Positions 27,173 through 37,073 of a stretch of DNA of 64,000 nt are shown here, one piece after another. Below the pieces are notes generated by a model. That model made no database searches and was not told the DNA's origin. It saw nothing but the letters and a program-made list of their open reading frames with translations. Numbering within the stretch: position 1 is the first letter of the stretch; every line of letters begins with the position of its first letter. The DNA is from an archaeon (GTDB taxonomy: Archaea; Nanobdellota; Nanobdellia; Pacearchaeales; GW2011-AR1). The translations under genes were made by a program, and so were the position numbers. The stretch is from contig JABIDC010000009.1 of NCBI GenBank assembly GCA_018651925.1, forward strand, positions 16,403 to 80,402. The letters are read 5' to 3'.

Positions 27173-27769
27173 ATGGGAATTTTAGATCAAGTAACTTCAA
27201 TGAGACAAGAAGGTAAAGAGGAATCAGAAATAATCAGATCTCTCCAAGAACAAGGAGTTTCTCCAAAAGAAATTCAAGATACCTTAAGCCAATCTCAAAT
27301 AAAACAAGCAATTTCTGAACAACCTCCAACCCCTGAAACCCTCCCCCCTTCTCCAAATACTCAAGAATACACTCCTCAACCAGAATCTGCTCCCGAAACC
27401 TATGCTCCTTCTCCTCAAAGCTATTCTGAACCGCAATATGCCGAACAAAGCTATCAACCTCAAACTTATGACGAAACTTCTTATGCTTCTTCTGGAACAG
27501 AATCAATGATGGAAATTGCAGAACAAGTTGCATCTGAAAAAGTAAAAGAAATAAAAACTCAAATTGAAAAAATCATGGAGTTTGCAACGCTGACCAATAC
27601 AAAAATTGAAAATTTACAAGAAAGAATAAAAAGAATTGAAACAACAATGGATAAACTTCAGTTATCTGTTTTAGACAAAGTTGGTTCATATGGAAAAGAT
27701 TTATCTTCAATCAAAAACGAAATGGGAATGATTGAAAATAATTTTTCTAAAATAGTTGGTAAAAAATAA
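27173..27769 (+). CDS. Three-part protein: small N-terminal helical domain, Pro/Gln/Tyr/Ser/Glu-rich linker, C-terminal coiled coil
   Basis: The N-terminus is MGILDQVTSMRQEGKEESEIIRSLQEQGVSPKEIQDTL. The linker is PPTPETLPPSPNTQEYTPQPESAPETYAPSPQSYSEPQYAEQSYQPQTY. A heptad-rich C-terminus follows. Confidence 0.55.
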   Translation: MGILDQVTSMRQEGKEESEIIRSLQEQGVSPKEIQDTLSQSQIKQAISEQPPTPETLPPSPNTQEYTPQPESAPETYAPSPQSYSEPQYAEQSYQPQTYDETSYASSGTESMMEIAEQVASEKVKEIKTQIEKIMEFATLTNTKIENLQERIKRIETTMDKLQLSVLDKVGSYGKDLSSIKNEMGMIENNFSKIVGKK

Positions 27770-27796
27770 AAATTTTTTATTTATTAAAAAATAATT

Positions 27797-28396
27797 TTAT
27801 TTTTTCTTAGGATTTCCAAGAAGAGCTTGTGCTAAAATACTTTTATCATCTTCCTTAGAATCATCTCTCTTTGCACCGCTAACAATTACCCAAATCAAAA
27901 TTCCGATGAAAGCTATGCCCGCAATCCAATTTGCAATATTTTCTCCCCTCCAATAATTTTGGAACCAAACAGAATAAGTCCAAGACCAATTAGTAAAGGA
28001 AGTTGCAATGACTACAAATACTACTGCTATTGAAAAGATCGACAAACCAATCATCCATCCTTTGTTTTTTGGATCAATAAATAATCCTGCAATTATTAAA
28101 ACAGCCAAAACTACCGAGAGTCCAATCCCTAGACGGGGAAATATTTCTGCAAAAAAAGTAGAAAGGACATTAAATTGTAATGCCATTAATCCTACAACCA
28201 ACGAAATAATAACATTCACAACATTATTCTCTTTGAATATTTGAGTTTTAACTAAAATTCCATAAACTAAAGCAAAAAGGAATAAAAAAGGTAAAAGATA
28301 CTGAAAAACTCCTGCCTGTTCCCAACGTGCAATTGTATTTCCAAGAACACCTCCAGAATAACTTGCATAAGCCAAAAATCCAACACCTCCAATCAT
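27797..28396 (-). CDS. Polytopic membrane protein (199 aa), paralog of the upstream gene
   Basis: The N-terminal segment YLLPFLFLFALVYGILVKTQIF...NVIISLVVGLM parallels YPFLLLFFILFAVLEKTKVL...SALVSLIISLI of ORF 28431..28967. Confidence 0.55.
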   Translation of the reverse strand: MIGGVGFLAYASYSGGVLGNTIARWEQAGVFQYLLPFLFLFALVYGILVKTQIFKENNVVNVIISLVVGLMALQFNVLSTFFAEIFPRLGIGLSVVLAVLIIAGLFIDPKNKGWMIGLSIFSIAVVFVVIATSFTNWSWTYSVWFQNYWRGENIANWIAGIAFIGILIWVIVSGAKRDDSKEDDKSILAQALLGNPKKK

Positions 28397-28430
28397 ATCA
28401 ATATTAAATTAAATATCTTTAAATATTTAA

Positions 28431-28967
28431 TCATTTACCTCCAGAACCAGATTTTATTGCCCAGAAAATTGCTCCAGCAACAATGATTACAAACATTGCA
28501 TTTTCCCAAAATGTTCCACTCCAGGAACTAGTAAATAAGAATCCAAATATTGATCCAATAAATCCCCAGATTGCAGAAATAATGGATCCAAGAGGTCCCA
28601 AAAGATTCGCCATTCCGAGAACAACTAAAATAATTATAATTCCTATTGCAATCCCAACACCATTCTTAACTTTTACATTAGTAATCGAGGTATCTCCTCC
28701 AGCAAATCCCCAGATTACAAAAATTACAAAAATCATAACAATCGCAACACTCATGATTAAAACTAAATTTCCAACAATAATTTTCGGCATAACTGCAGAA
28801 ACAAAAATTAAACTAATAATTAATGAAACTAATGCGCTAAGTTGTTGCTTTCCATCTCCCAAAACTTTAGTTTTCTCTAAAACTGCAAATAAAATAAAGA
28901 ACAATAACAAAAAAGGATAAGCAAAATCTGTAAAAAAAGCTCCTTGAAAAAATTCTCCAACTGCCAT
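28431..28967 (-). CDS. Polytopic membrane protein (178 aa), paralog of the downstream gene
   Basis: See the entry for 27797..28396. It lies 4 nt downstream of the PRC-barrel gene. Confidence 0.55.
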   Translation of the reverse strand: MAVGEFFQGAFFTDFAYPFLLLFFILFAVLEKTKVLGDGKQQLSALVSLIISLIFVSAVMPKIIVGNLVLIMSVAIVMIFVIFVIWGFAGGDTSITNVKVKNGVGIAIGIIIILVVLGMANLLGPLGSIISAIWGFIGSIFGFLFTSSWSGTFWENAMFVIIVAGAIFWAIKSGSGGK

Positions 28968-28971
28968 AAAA

Positions 28972-29253
28972 CTACTCTAAGTCTTCTGCTTCAAAATCTT
29001 CCATTCCAGATTCTTGTGTTGGTAAAGCAGCTTTATTTATAATAAAAATATCACTTACAGCTTTGACAAAATGATGTGGAATTATTACTCCGCGTGCTCC
29101 TCCAATTAAAGACATAATTGCACCACCAACTTTTATTCTCCAACCATCAACCTTATTATCACACAAATTAGCTTCTTCAATCTCTCCAAAATAATCTCCA
29201 GAATCTGTATAAACTTTTGTGCCAATAACTTCTGTTACTTTTCTTACTCTCAT
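28972..29253 (-). CDS. PRC-barrel domain protein
   Basis: VIGTKVYTDSGDYFGEIEEANLCDNKVDGWRIKVGG...VIIPHHFVKAVSDIFIIN matches the PRC-barrel pattern (l.G..V....G..lG.v.d...d...g.v..l.v......iPf..v..igd.vi). Confidence 0.65.
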   Translation of the reverse strand: MRVRKVTEVIGTKVYTDSGDYFGEIEEANLCDNKVDGWRIKVGGAIMSLIGGARGVIIPHHFVKAVSDIFIINKAALPTQESGMEDFEAEDLE

Positions 29254-29346
29254 AGGAGAAAATACTAAAACTTATTTAAATACTTTTCCATCATAAAAAA
29301 CACATAATATCAATAAATTTATAACAATAAAATAACTAAAAACACT

Positions 29347-29973
29347 ATGCTCTCCAAAAACGAAATAATTTCAATCCTTGTTGTCACCTTAATTTTAGGT
29401 TTTATACTAAGTTTACTTGAATCAACAGAAGCCTTTCTTTATTCTTCTCTTACCATTTTCGCAGTAATTATGACCAATGTCTTTGCAAAAAAAGTAGCAA
29501 GTTACTATTTAGATTCAGAGATAGAAATTAGAATTTGGGAAATGAAAAGGTTCGGATTTAAACCAAAAAGCTACTGGAAAAAACCAGTTCAAATGGGAGC
29601 ATTCTTACCAGTTATCTTAAAATTCTTGTCTGCTGGAACAATCAGCTGGTTAGCAGTTCTAAGTTTTGATGTAAAGCCAAAAGTTTACAGAGCAACAAAA
29701 AGATATGGAACATATGCATTTTCAGAAATGACAGAACACCACATAGGATTAATTGCAGTTTGGGGAATTTTAGCAAACTTTGTAATTGGAGCAGTTGGTT
29801 ACCTATTAGGTTACACGGAGTTCACAAAACTAAGTATTTACTATGCAGCATTCAACTTAATTCCCTTTTCAGATTTAGATGGAAATAAAATCTTCTTTGG
29901 AAGTCTAATTTGGTGGACATTCCTTATAGCAATTGCAGGAATGGGATTAGTTTACGCTCTTTTAATTATTTAA
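29347..29973 (+). CDS. M50 (site-2 protease)-like membrane protein lacking the HExxH motif
   Basis: The C-terminal FNLIPFSDLDGNKIF matches the M50 NxxPxxxLDG motif. However, the position expected for HExxH reads MTNVFAKKV. Confidence 0.4.
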   Translation: MLSKNEIISILVVTLILGFILSLLESTEAFLYSSLTIFAVIMTNVFAKKVASYYLDSEIEIRIWEMKRFGFKPKSYWKKPVQMGAFLPVILKFLSAGTISWLAVLSFDVKPKVYRATKRYGTYAFSEMTEHHIGLIAVWGILANFVIGAVGYLLGYTEFTKLSIYYAAFNLIPFSDLDGNKIFFGSLIWWTFLIAIAGMGLVYALLII

Positions 29974-29976
29974 TTA

Positions 29977-31671
29977 TTAATACTCAATTTTATTCTTACT
30001 AAATTTTTTAGAACCCATTGCAAAAATAAACGCTGCAAGAAGATAAACTACAAAAATTAAAAAACGATCAAACATCACGTAAAAATTATCTTTTAAGATA
30101 AAAACGTTTTCCAAAAGTCCAACAAGCATCACAAAAGGATTAAGATCAACAAAAAACTTTACTGTAGAAGAAAGAAGCATTGAAGGAGCAATTAAGTTTG
30201 AAAGGATAAAAAATAACATGACCAAAAAAACAGTCAACAAAAGAGACAAACTCTGAGATTTAATCAAATATCCAAAGCCCATTCCAACAAAAATGAAAAA
30301 CGAAGAAGAAACAAAGATTACTAAAAAATATAAGAATGCGAAATCTAAAGAAAGATTCATCCAAAAGAGCCCAATTAAAAATAAAATTACTACTTGGATA
30401 AAAACAAAAAACAAGTTCACAAAATAATCTGCAAAAACAAATGAACCATTCTTCGTTGGAGTAATTGCTTCCCTAAAATAACTCAAACGGTTTGTTTGTT
30501 TCAAAACAAACATGTTTGAAAGGATCAATGAAGTAAAAGTAATGATTATCGCAACAAGTAATGGAAAAGTCCTAGTCATAGCATCATTTCCTAGTGAAGT
30601 TTGTTCTCCTCCAGGAGAAAAATCTACTACAATGGGACTTTGATCAAAATCCTCTGAAAAAAAGCTAAGTTCTTCTAAAGCAAAATCTAATTGGAAAATA
30701 AATGAATCTATTTTTTCAATACTCTCTCCTGTTTGATAAATAGCTTCTTCTAAATCTTCATCTGTTGAAATTAAAAGTTCATTAACTCGATCTAACTTTA
30801 CAATAGTTGAATCAATCAAATCCAAAGCAGAATAAATCTCCGCATAGGAGTCATCAGTTGATTCCAAAAAACTTTCAACATGATTTAAATCAGAAAGAAT
30901 AGAATTTATGATAAGTGAAGCAGCCTCTGCATCTTCAGGATTAAGGCCTCCAACAAAAATATCCTCCAAAGATTCAAGATCATCTTGAATATCTCGAACC
31001 CTTTCCAAAGCATCTTCAGATTCTACTTGATTATTTTGTAATTCCTGCCTTAAAATATTCAATTCGAATTCTCTTTCTTTTAGGGGAATGTAAACAGAAT
31101 CAAAATCATTTTTAACAACCCATAATTCGTTTCTTTTCTCAACCAAAGTATCTCTTTGCAAAATTAATTCTTCTTTGGTATTTCGAAGTTCATTTCTTGC
31201 ATCAACAATTGAAGCATGATAAACATTCATCTTATTTGATATGTCTTCAGAAGATTCCTCAATAAACTGATTTTGGTTTTCTAAAACACTCGACAAAACA
31301 AACTGCTTGGAATAAAACTCAATTACTTTATTATTACTATCCATATAAACATCAATTCCCCTTGTTCCCCCCTTTTCTACAACGACCATGCAAGATGCAA
31401 TTTTTTTATTCTTCATCTCAGACAAACAATGATCAATTTCCTTAAATGTTCTAAGACTTCGGACACTCCCAGTCATAAAATCTGAAATAAAATCTTCAGA
31501 TGAGCCACTCTCATCAACAAATCCGACACGAATATTGTTAACATCAACAGATTTAACCATTATTCCTGCTGAAACAATTAAAATTATTGGACATAAAACC
31601 AATACAAAGAAATAACTCCAATTACGAGAAACTGTTTTCAAATTTTTATTAAAAATACTAAATGATTTCAT
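29977..31671 (-). CDS. ABC-2-type transporter permease with large coiled-coil extracytoplasmic domain (YhgE/Pip-like architecture)
   Basis: It has one N-terminal TM, a loop of about 330 aa that is acidic and heptad-rich, and a C-terminal 5-6 TM bundle. It overlaps the ATPase gene by 14 nt. Confidence 0.6.
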   Translation of the reverse strand: MKSFSIFNKNLKTVSRNWSYFFVLVLCPIILIVSAGIMVKSVDVNNIRVGFVDESGSSEDFISDFMTGSVRSLRTFKEIDHCLSEMKNKKIASCMVVVEKGGTRGIDVYMDSNNKVIEFYSKQFVLSSVLENQNQFIEESSEDISNKMNVYHASIVDARNELRNTKEELILQRDTLVEKRNELWVVKNDFDSVYIPLKEREFELNILRQELQNNQVESEDALERVRDIQDDLESLEDIFVGGLNPEDAEAASLIINSILSDLNHVESFLESTDDSYAEIYSALDLIDSTIVKLDRVNELLISTDEDLEEAIYQTGESIEKIDSFIFQLDFALEELSFFSEDFDQSPIVVDFSPGGEQTSLGNDAMTRTFPLLVAIIITFTSLILSNMFVLKQTNRLSYFREAITPTKNGSFVFADYFVNLFFVFIQVVILFLIGLFWMNLSLDFAFLYFLVIFVSSSFFIFVGMGFGYLIKSQSLSLLLTVFLVMLFFILSNLIAPSMLLSSTVKFFVDLNPFVMLVGLLENVFILKDNFYVMFDRFLIFVVYLLAAFIFAMGSKKFSKNKIEY

Positions 31672-32404
31672 CTGATAAGATTTTCCTGAAGATCTCAGGA
31701 AAGGATTTATTTTTAAAATGTTTTCTATACTCTTTCATAGTTGCCAAAGATGCAATTTTGCCATCTTTTAAAACCCCAATTCTACTGCAATTCTCTTCAA
31801 TTTCTTCCAACAAATGAGAGGTAATAAGAATTGTTGTGCCTTCCTTATTAATTCTACGAATATACTTCCACAAAATATCTCTAAGTAAACCGTCAAGGCC
31901 GACAGTTGGCTCATCCAAAATCAAAAAAGAAGGATCATGAATTAAAGAAACTAAGATGTTCGCTCTTTTTTGCATCCCTCCAGAAAAACTCTTAATTTGA
32001 TACATTTCAAAACCCTCTAAACCAAGAAGCTTAACTAACTCAGAGAACCTTTTCTTAAAAACAGTTTTTTTTATTGAATAAAGTTTTGAAAAATATTCTG
32101 CATTTTCTTCCAGAGTCAATTCTTCAAAAAGCATATCTTTTTGGGCAGCAAAACCAATAGTTTTCCTTAAAAGAGAAGTCTGCTTGAAAACATTCTTATC
32201 CTTAAATAAAATTTCACCAGAAGAAACCTTCTCCATTCCAACTAAAATTCTCAAAAGAGTACTCTTTCCACCACCACTATTTCCAACAAGCCCAAAAATT
32301 TCTCCTTCTTTCAAACTAAAAGAAACTCCAGATAATACCTCTTTTTTACCAAAACTCTTTCTTACCTCTTTAAACTCCAAAAAGCCCATAATATCCTTTT
32401 GCAA
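31658..32404 (-). CDS. ABC transporter ATP-binding protein
   Basis: It has Walker A GNSGGGKST, the signature FSGGMQKRANI, and Walker B LILDEPTVGLD. Confidence 0.9.
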   Translation of the reverse strand: MQKDIMGFLEFKEVRKSFGKKEVLSGVSFSLKEGEIFGLVGNSGGGKSTLLRILVGMEKVSSGEILFKDKNVFKQTSLLRKTIGFAAQKDMLFEELTLEENAEYFSKLYSIKKTVFKKRFSELVKLLGLEGFEMYQIKSFSGGMQKRANILVSLIHDPSFLILDEPTVGLDGLLRDILWKYIRRINKEGTTILITSHLLEEIEENCSRIGVLKDGKIASLATMKEYRKHFKNKSFPEIFRKILSDEII

Positions 32405-32473
32405 AAAGAACTTATAAAGTTTTCAATTAAATCAACATAAAACCTTTTATACTTCTTCAAAGTTATTTCTTTT

Positions 32474-34012
32474 ATGCCACATAAATTTCTAAAAGACATA
32501 ACTCCACGAGAATATCAAGAAAAAATCTATCAAACTTGCATTAAGAAAAACTGTTTAGTAGTATTACCCACTGGGCTTGGAAAAACATTAATTGCATTAA
32601 TGATTGCAATAAAAAGAATGCAAGAATTTCCAGGAGAAAAGGTTTTAATTTTGGCACCAACAAAACCTTTAGCAGAACAACATTTAGTTTCATTCAAAAA
32701 ATACCTTCCAGAACTTTTTGCAGACATCCAATTATTTACTGGTTCAGTTAAAGCTCCAGAAAGAAAAAAAATCTGGAAGACTGCAGACATTATTTTCTCA
32801 ACACCCCAGTGTGTAGCAAATGATTTACGAAAAGAATTATACAAGCTAGATGAAACCTGTTTATTGGTTCAAGATGAAGCTCATCGATGTGTAAAAAATT
32901 ATGATTACAACTACGTTGCTAGACGATATGTTTCTCAAGGGATGAATAAAAGGATAATTGGTTTAACCGCCTCTCCAGGAAGTGAAGAAAAGAAAATTAA
33001 AGAGATCTGTAAAAATTTATCTATTGAAGAAGTTGAGTTAAGAACAAGAGAAAGCCCAGATGTAAAGGAATATCTTCAAGAGCTAGAATTTGAAAAAATA
33101 ATGTTAGAATTCCCTGCAGAATTCCAAGAAATGAAACATGTTCTAAATAAATTGTTTGAAAGATATATAGAAGAACTAAGATATAGGAAAGTGTTATTCG
33201 GACCAAGTTCAAAAATTGGATTAATTAACCTTCAAAAAAAGATTATGGGAACTTTGGCAAGAGGAGGGAAAAATTTTAATTATATGTTGGGGGCGTCTGC
33301 TTGTGCCCAAGCAATAAAACTTCAGCATGCAATGGAACTATTAGAAACCCAAACACTTGGAGGATTCTATAAATATCTAAAAAATTTATTTGATCAAGCT
33401 GCAAAGAAACAAAGCAAAGGAGTTATCAAATTGGTTGCAAAACCAGAATTTAATTTCATTTATAGTTCAGCAACAGAACTATTAGCAAAAAAAAGAGAAC
33501 ACCCCAAGGTAATCAAATTAGTTGAAATAGTAAAAAGAGAAAAAGAAAATAATCCAAATACAAAAATAATTGTTTTTACTCAATTTAGAGATTCCGCGAA
33601 TATTCTTTCAAAAAGATTAAATGAACTTGAAGGGATTGAATCAAAGGTTTTTGTAGGGCAAGCAAAAAAAGAAGGGTCAGGAATGAATCAAAAAGCGCAG
33701 AAAAAGGTAATTGATGAATTTCGAGATGGAGAAATTAATGTTTTATGTGCGACCTGCATTGCAGAAGAAGGATTAGATATCCCCGAAGTAAGTGCGGTAA
33801 TCTTTTATGAACCAGTTCCTTCCGCAATTAGGGCAATTCAAAGAACAGGAAGAACAGCGAGATTAGAAAAAGGAAAATTAATCATGCTGATAACAAAAGG
33901 CACAAGAGATGAATCAAATTATTTTGTTTCTAGAGCAAGAGAAAAAAGCATGAAAACCGCAATTGAAAAAGTTCAAAAAAACATGGGACAAAAAACCCTG
34001 GATATTTACTAA
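32474..34012 (+). CDS. hef: Hef/FANCM-type SF2 helicase (helicase part only)
   Basis: Motifs PREYQEKIY...VVLPTGLGKTLIA (motif I), VQDEAHR (DEAH), the C-terminal VLCATCIAEEGLDIPEVS and QRTGRTAR are present. This matches the COG1111 family organisation. Confidence 0.8.
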   Translation: MPHKFLKDITPREYQEKIYQTCIKKNCLVVLPTGLGKTLIALMIAIKRMQEFPGEKVLILAPTKPLAEQHLVSFKKYLPELFADIQLFTGSVKAPERKKIWKTADIIFSTPQCVANDLRKELYKLDETCLLVQDEAHRCVKNYDYNYVARRYVSQGMNKRIIGLTASPGSEEKKIKEICKNLSIEEVELRTRESPDVKEYLQELEFEKIMLEFPAEFQEMKHVLNKLFERYIEELRYRKVLFGPSSKIGLINLQKKIMGTLARGGKNFNYMLGASACAQAIKLQHAMELLETQTLGGFYKYLKNLFDQAAKKQSKGVIKLVAKPEFNFIYSSATELLAKKREHPKVIKLVEIVKREKENNPNTKIIVFTQFRDSANILSKRLNELEGIESKVFVGQAKKEGSGMNQKAQKKVIDEFRDGEINVLCATCIAEEGLDIPEVSAVIFYEPVPSAIRAIQRTGRTARLEKGKLIMLITKGTRDESNYFVSRAREKSMKTAIEKVQKNMGQKTLDIY

Positions 34013-34064
34013 ATCTATTTTCAATTACATTAATCTTTATTAATGAAAAAAAAGTCAAATAAGA

Positions 34065-35108
34065 ATGGCAAGAATTATTGGAAAAGGATATTCATATGAA
34101 GATGTTTTAATTGTTCCAAAATATAACAAAGTTATTTCTAGAAAAGATGTTTGCATGAAAACCAAAGTTACCCGAAACTATGAAATTGAGATTCCAATTT
34201 TAGTTGCAAATATGGATACCACCTGTGAAGCACCAATGGCGATTGCAATCGGAAAACTAGGAGGCCTAGGAGTTTTGCACCGTTTTAACACAATTGAAAG
34301 TCAATCAAAACAAGTAAAGATGATTAAATCAAAAAAATTAATTGCTGCTGCTGCCTTGGGAGTAAAAGATTACAAAGAAAGATTAGAAGCCCTTTCAAAT
34401 GCAGGAGTAAATATAATTGTTTTAGATATTGCCCATGGACATTCAAAATATGCTGGAAAAACATTAGATTTCATTAAAGAAAATTATCCTCACATAGATG
34501 TAATGGCAGGGAATGTTGCAACAAAAGATGCAGCAGAATATTTTCTCTCAAAAGGGGCAGATGCAATTAAAATTGGGATTGGTCCAGGTTCAATGTGTAC
34601 AACAAGAATTATGACTGGTGCAGGGGTCCCGCAAATTACTGCCATAATGGACGTCTACGAAGGGACTCAAGGAAGAATTCCAATCTGCGCAGACGGGGGA
34701 TTAAAATATCCAGGAGATTTAGTAAAAGCAATTGGGGCAGGTGCAAATACAATTCTTTCTGGTTCAATTTTTGCCGGAACAAAAGAGGCACCAGGAAAAT
34801 TAATTAAAAAAAATGGAAAATTCTATAAAATATATAGGGGGATGGCAAGTTTTGATGCAACATTAAAGAAAAAGAAAATGGATGGTAAAACAAAAAAAGA
34901 AATAATCTCTGTTGAAGGAGAAAAAACATTAATCCCTTACAAAGGACCGATTGAACCAATAATTAAAAAACTTCTCGGAGGCCTAGCTTCTGGAATGACC
35001 TATATCGGAGCAAATAAAATGGAATCTTTTATTGGAAAAGTAGATTTTATAGAAATCTCTAGCGCAGGATATAAAGAAAGCACTGCACACGGGGTTAAAT
35101 CCCAATAA
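34065..35108 (+). CDS. IMP dehydrogenase / GMP reductase family protein without CBS subdomain
   Basis: Motifs [42 protein letters not shown] (catalytic Cys loop) and [10 protein letters not shown] are present. At 347 aa it resembles GuaC or CBS-less GuaB. Confidence 0.75.
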   Translation: MARIIGKGYSYEDVLIVPKYNKVISRKDVCMKTKVTRNYEIEIPILVANMDTTCEAPMAIAIGKLGGLGVLHRFNTIESQSKQVKMIKSKKLIAAAALGVKDYKERLEALSNAGVNIIVLDIAHGHSKYAGKTLDFIKENYPHIDVMAGNVATKDAAEYFLSKGADAIKIGIGPGSMCTTRIMTGAGVPQITAIMDVYEGTQGRIPICADGGLKYPGDLVKAIGAGANTILSGSIFAGTKEAPGKLIKKNGKFYKIYRGMASFDATLKKKKMDGKTKKEIISVEGEKTLIPYKGPIEPIIKKLLGGLASGMTYIGANKMESFIGKVDFIEISSAGYKESTAHGVKSQ

Positions 35109-35138
35109 ATTTTTATAATAAAATAATTTTACTCATTT

Positions 35139-35825
35139 ATGACAGACTTTCAAAATATTTTCCAAGAAAGAAAAATAATAATTAAAGAAAATCCTAAACC
35201 AAAAATAAAAATCTTTGTAGATTATAGGGAAAAAAATTGTTTTGTTCCAACAAATTTAATTAATTTAAACTTTGAAGTAGAATTCAGAGAACTAAAGGTT
35301 GCAGATTATCTTGTAAATAATATTGCCATTGAAAGAAAATCCATAGAAGACTTTCTCTCTTCAATGAAATCAAATAGACTTTCTCAACAAATTCAAGACC
35401 TACAACAATATGAAAACAAACTCCTAATCATTGAAGGAATCGAAGAACAAGAACTCTACAATGATTATCAAACAACAGGAATTTCTGCAAACGCCATCAG
35501 AGGATTCCTTCTTTCGATAACAATCAAACATAAAATCCCTTTAATCTTTTCAAAAAGCCAAAAAGACACCGCTCAATTTATTTCAGTCTTAGCTAGAAAA
35601 AAAGAAACAGAGTCAAGTTTAAATGTTCGAAAAAAATCTCTTAACAAAAAAGAACAAATGCAATTTATTCTAGAAGGGTTCCCTGGAATCGGGCCAAAAG
35701 CTGCAAAAAAACTTTTAACAGAATTCAAAACGATAAAAGAAATCATGAATTCCTCTCAAGAAGAACTAAAAAAAATAATTGGGAAAAAAGCAGAAATATT
35801 TGAATTAATTAATTGTAGATATTAA
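35139..35825 (+). CDS. XPF/ERCC4-type structure-specific nuclease with C-terminal (HhH)2
   Basis: It carries the ERCC4 signature VDYREK...VADYLV...IERKSIEDF and the C-terminal EGFPGIGPKAAKKLLTEF. This corresponds to the nuclease half of Hef. Confidence 0.8.
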   Translation: MTDFQNIFQERKIIIKENPKPKIKIFVDYREKNCFVPTNLINLNFEVEFRELKVADYLVNNIAIERKSIEDFLSSMKSNRLSQQIQDLQQYENKLLIIEGIEEQELYNDYQTTGISANAIRGFLLSITIKHKIPLIFSKSQKDTAQFISVLARKKETESSLNVRKKSLNKKEQMQFILEGFPGIGPKAAKKLLTEFKTIKEIMNSSQEELKKIIGKKAEIFELINCRY

Positions 35826-37027
35826 AAAATATTTTCAAAAAACCGAACAAACCAATTTTTTATTGGCTTAGTATTACATTCTCCAGCAGAACAACCATAA
35901 AGACACACATGTTCTTCAGTAAGATTATTAAAATCTTCTGAACAATATCTTTCAAAAAGGAGATCTCCATCAAAACAATAATCTTCAACAGAAGGCCCAA
36001 AAGAATAATTCAAAATTCCTTTTACAAAATAATCTTTTCCCCCATCTGAATCAGTACAAAAAAAACTCGAATTTTCTTCTTCCACCATACAAGCCCCATT
36101 TTCGCAAATGTAATTTCCTCCACTACCACCAGGGCAAGTAACTCCAACTTCCTCAACTAAACCCTCGTTACAATAAAACTCGTGTACTCCTCCTTCGTCA
36201 ATACAATAATCTTGTCCTGAAAAAACTCCATTAGAATATGCTTCTCCCCTTTCAAAAACATTCATTCCCCCATCTGAATCATTACAAGAAGTATTTGCTC
36301 CAAAAGATTCATTTGGTTCAATACAAGCCCCATTTTCACATCCAAACTCACAAGGAATGTTAATTATTTCTAAATTATCTCCTTCACAATAAAATTCTCC
36401 GATAAAAGAAGATTCATTATACATAGAAAGGATACATGATTCTGCCTGCATAATTGAATAATCAGGAAAAATTAATCCAGAAGTTCCAGGAATAAATGGC
36501 TCTACCCCCCCGTCTGAATCTACACAAGTTTGATTGAGAATTTCAGAACCCCCTCCACTATGATTTGTGCTAGAAGTATCATTAATTTGTAGACAATAAC
36601 CATTTTCACATCCAAACTCACAAGGAATTTCCACATTTTTTCTTTCATTTCCAGAACAATAACACTCTAGAAGGATTCCTTCTGTATAGATTGTACCATT
36701 ACTAAAATAAATTGTTGAACCGACACAAACATCTTCCATCATGCTTGCCGAACCCCCATTTTCATAAGAAACAGCTTCAATGCAAGATCCAAAAACATAA
36801 GGTTTCACCCCTCCATCTGAATCAGTACAAGTTTGGTTTAGGACAACAGACTCATTAGGCAAAATAATTCCACTAGAACCTCCTCCTCCAGAACTTCCCC
36901 CATCAGACATCTCCTCAACAGCATTTCCACTAATCTTATTAAATAAATCTTCAAAAATATTTGCAGAAACTAAAGAAGGTAAAACTATCAACATTAAAAA
37001 AATTAAAACCAAATTTCCTCTCTTCAT
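35822..37027 (-). CDS. Secreted Cys-rich repeat protein (4 x CxDSDGG modules), many N-x-S/T sequons
   Basis: An N-terminal signal/TM (LVLIFLMLIVLPSLVSA) and a Gly/Ser linker precede four modules of 65-85 aa. Each module reads C(T/V/N)DSDGG...D.C...L.E.YC...C..GC..G.C. The C-terminal tail is KNWFVRFFENIF. Confidence 0.7.
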   Translation of the reverse strand: MKRGNLVLIFLMLIVLPSLVSANIFEDLFNKISGNAVEEMSDGGSSGGGGSSGIILPNESVVLNQTCTDSDGGVKPYVFGSCIEAVSYENGGSASMMEDVCVGSTIYFSNGTIYTEGILLECYCSGNERKNVEIPCEFGCENGYCLQINDTSSTNHSGGGSEILNQTCVDSDGGVEPFIPGTSGLIFPDYSIMQAESCILSMYNESSFIGEFYCEGDNLEIINIPCEFGCENGACIEPNESFGANTSCNDSDGGMNVFERGEAYSNGVFSGQDYCIDEGGVHEFYCNEGLVEEVGVTCPGGSGGNYICENGACMVEEENSSFFCTDSDGGKDYFVKGILNYSFGPSVEDYCFDGDLLFERYCSEDFNNLTEEHVCLYGCSAGECNTKPIKNWFVRFFENIF

Positions 37028-37073
37028 AAAAAAATATTATTTTTAATGTTTATAAAACTATCTTCAAAATAAC

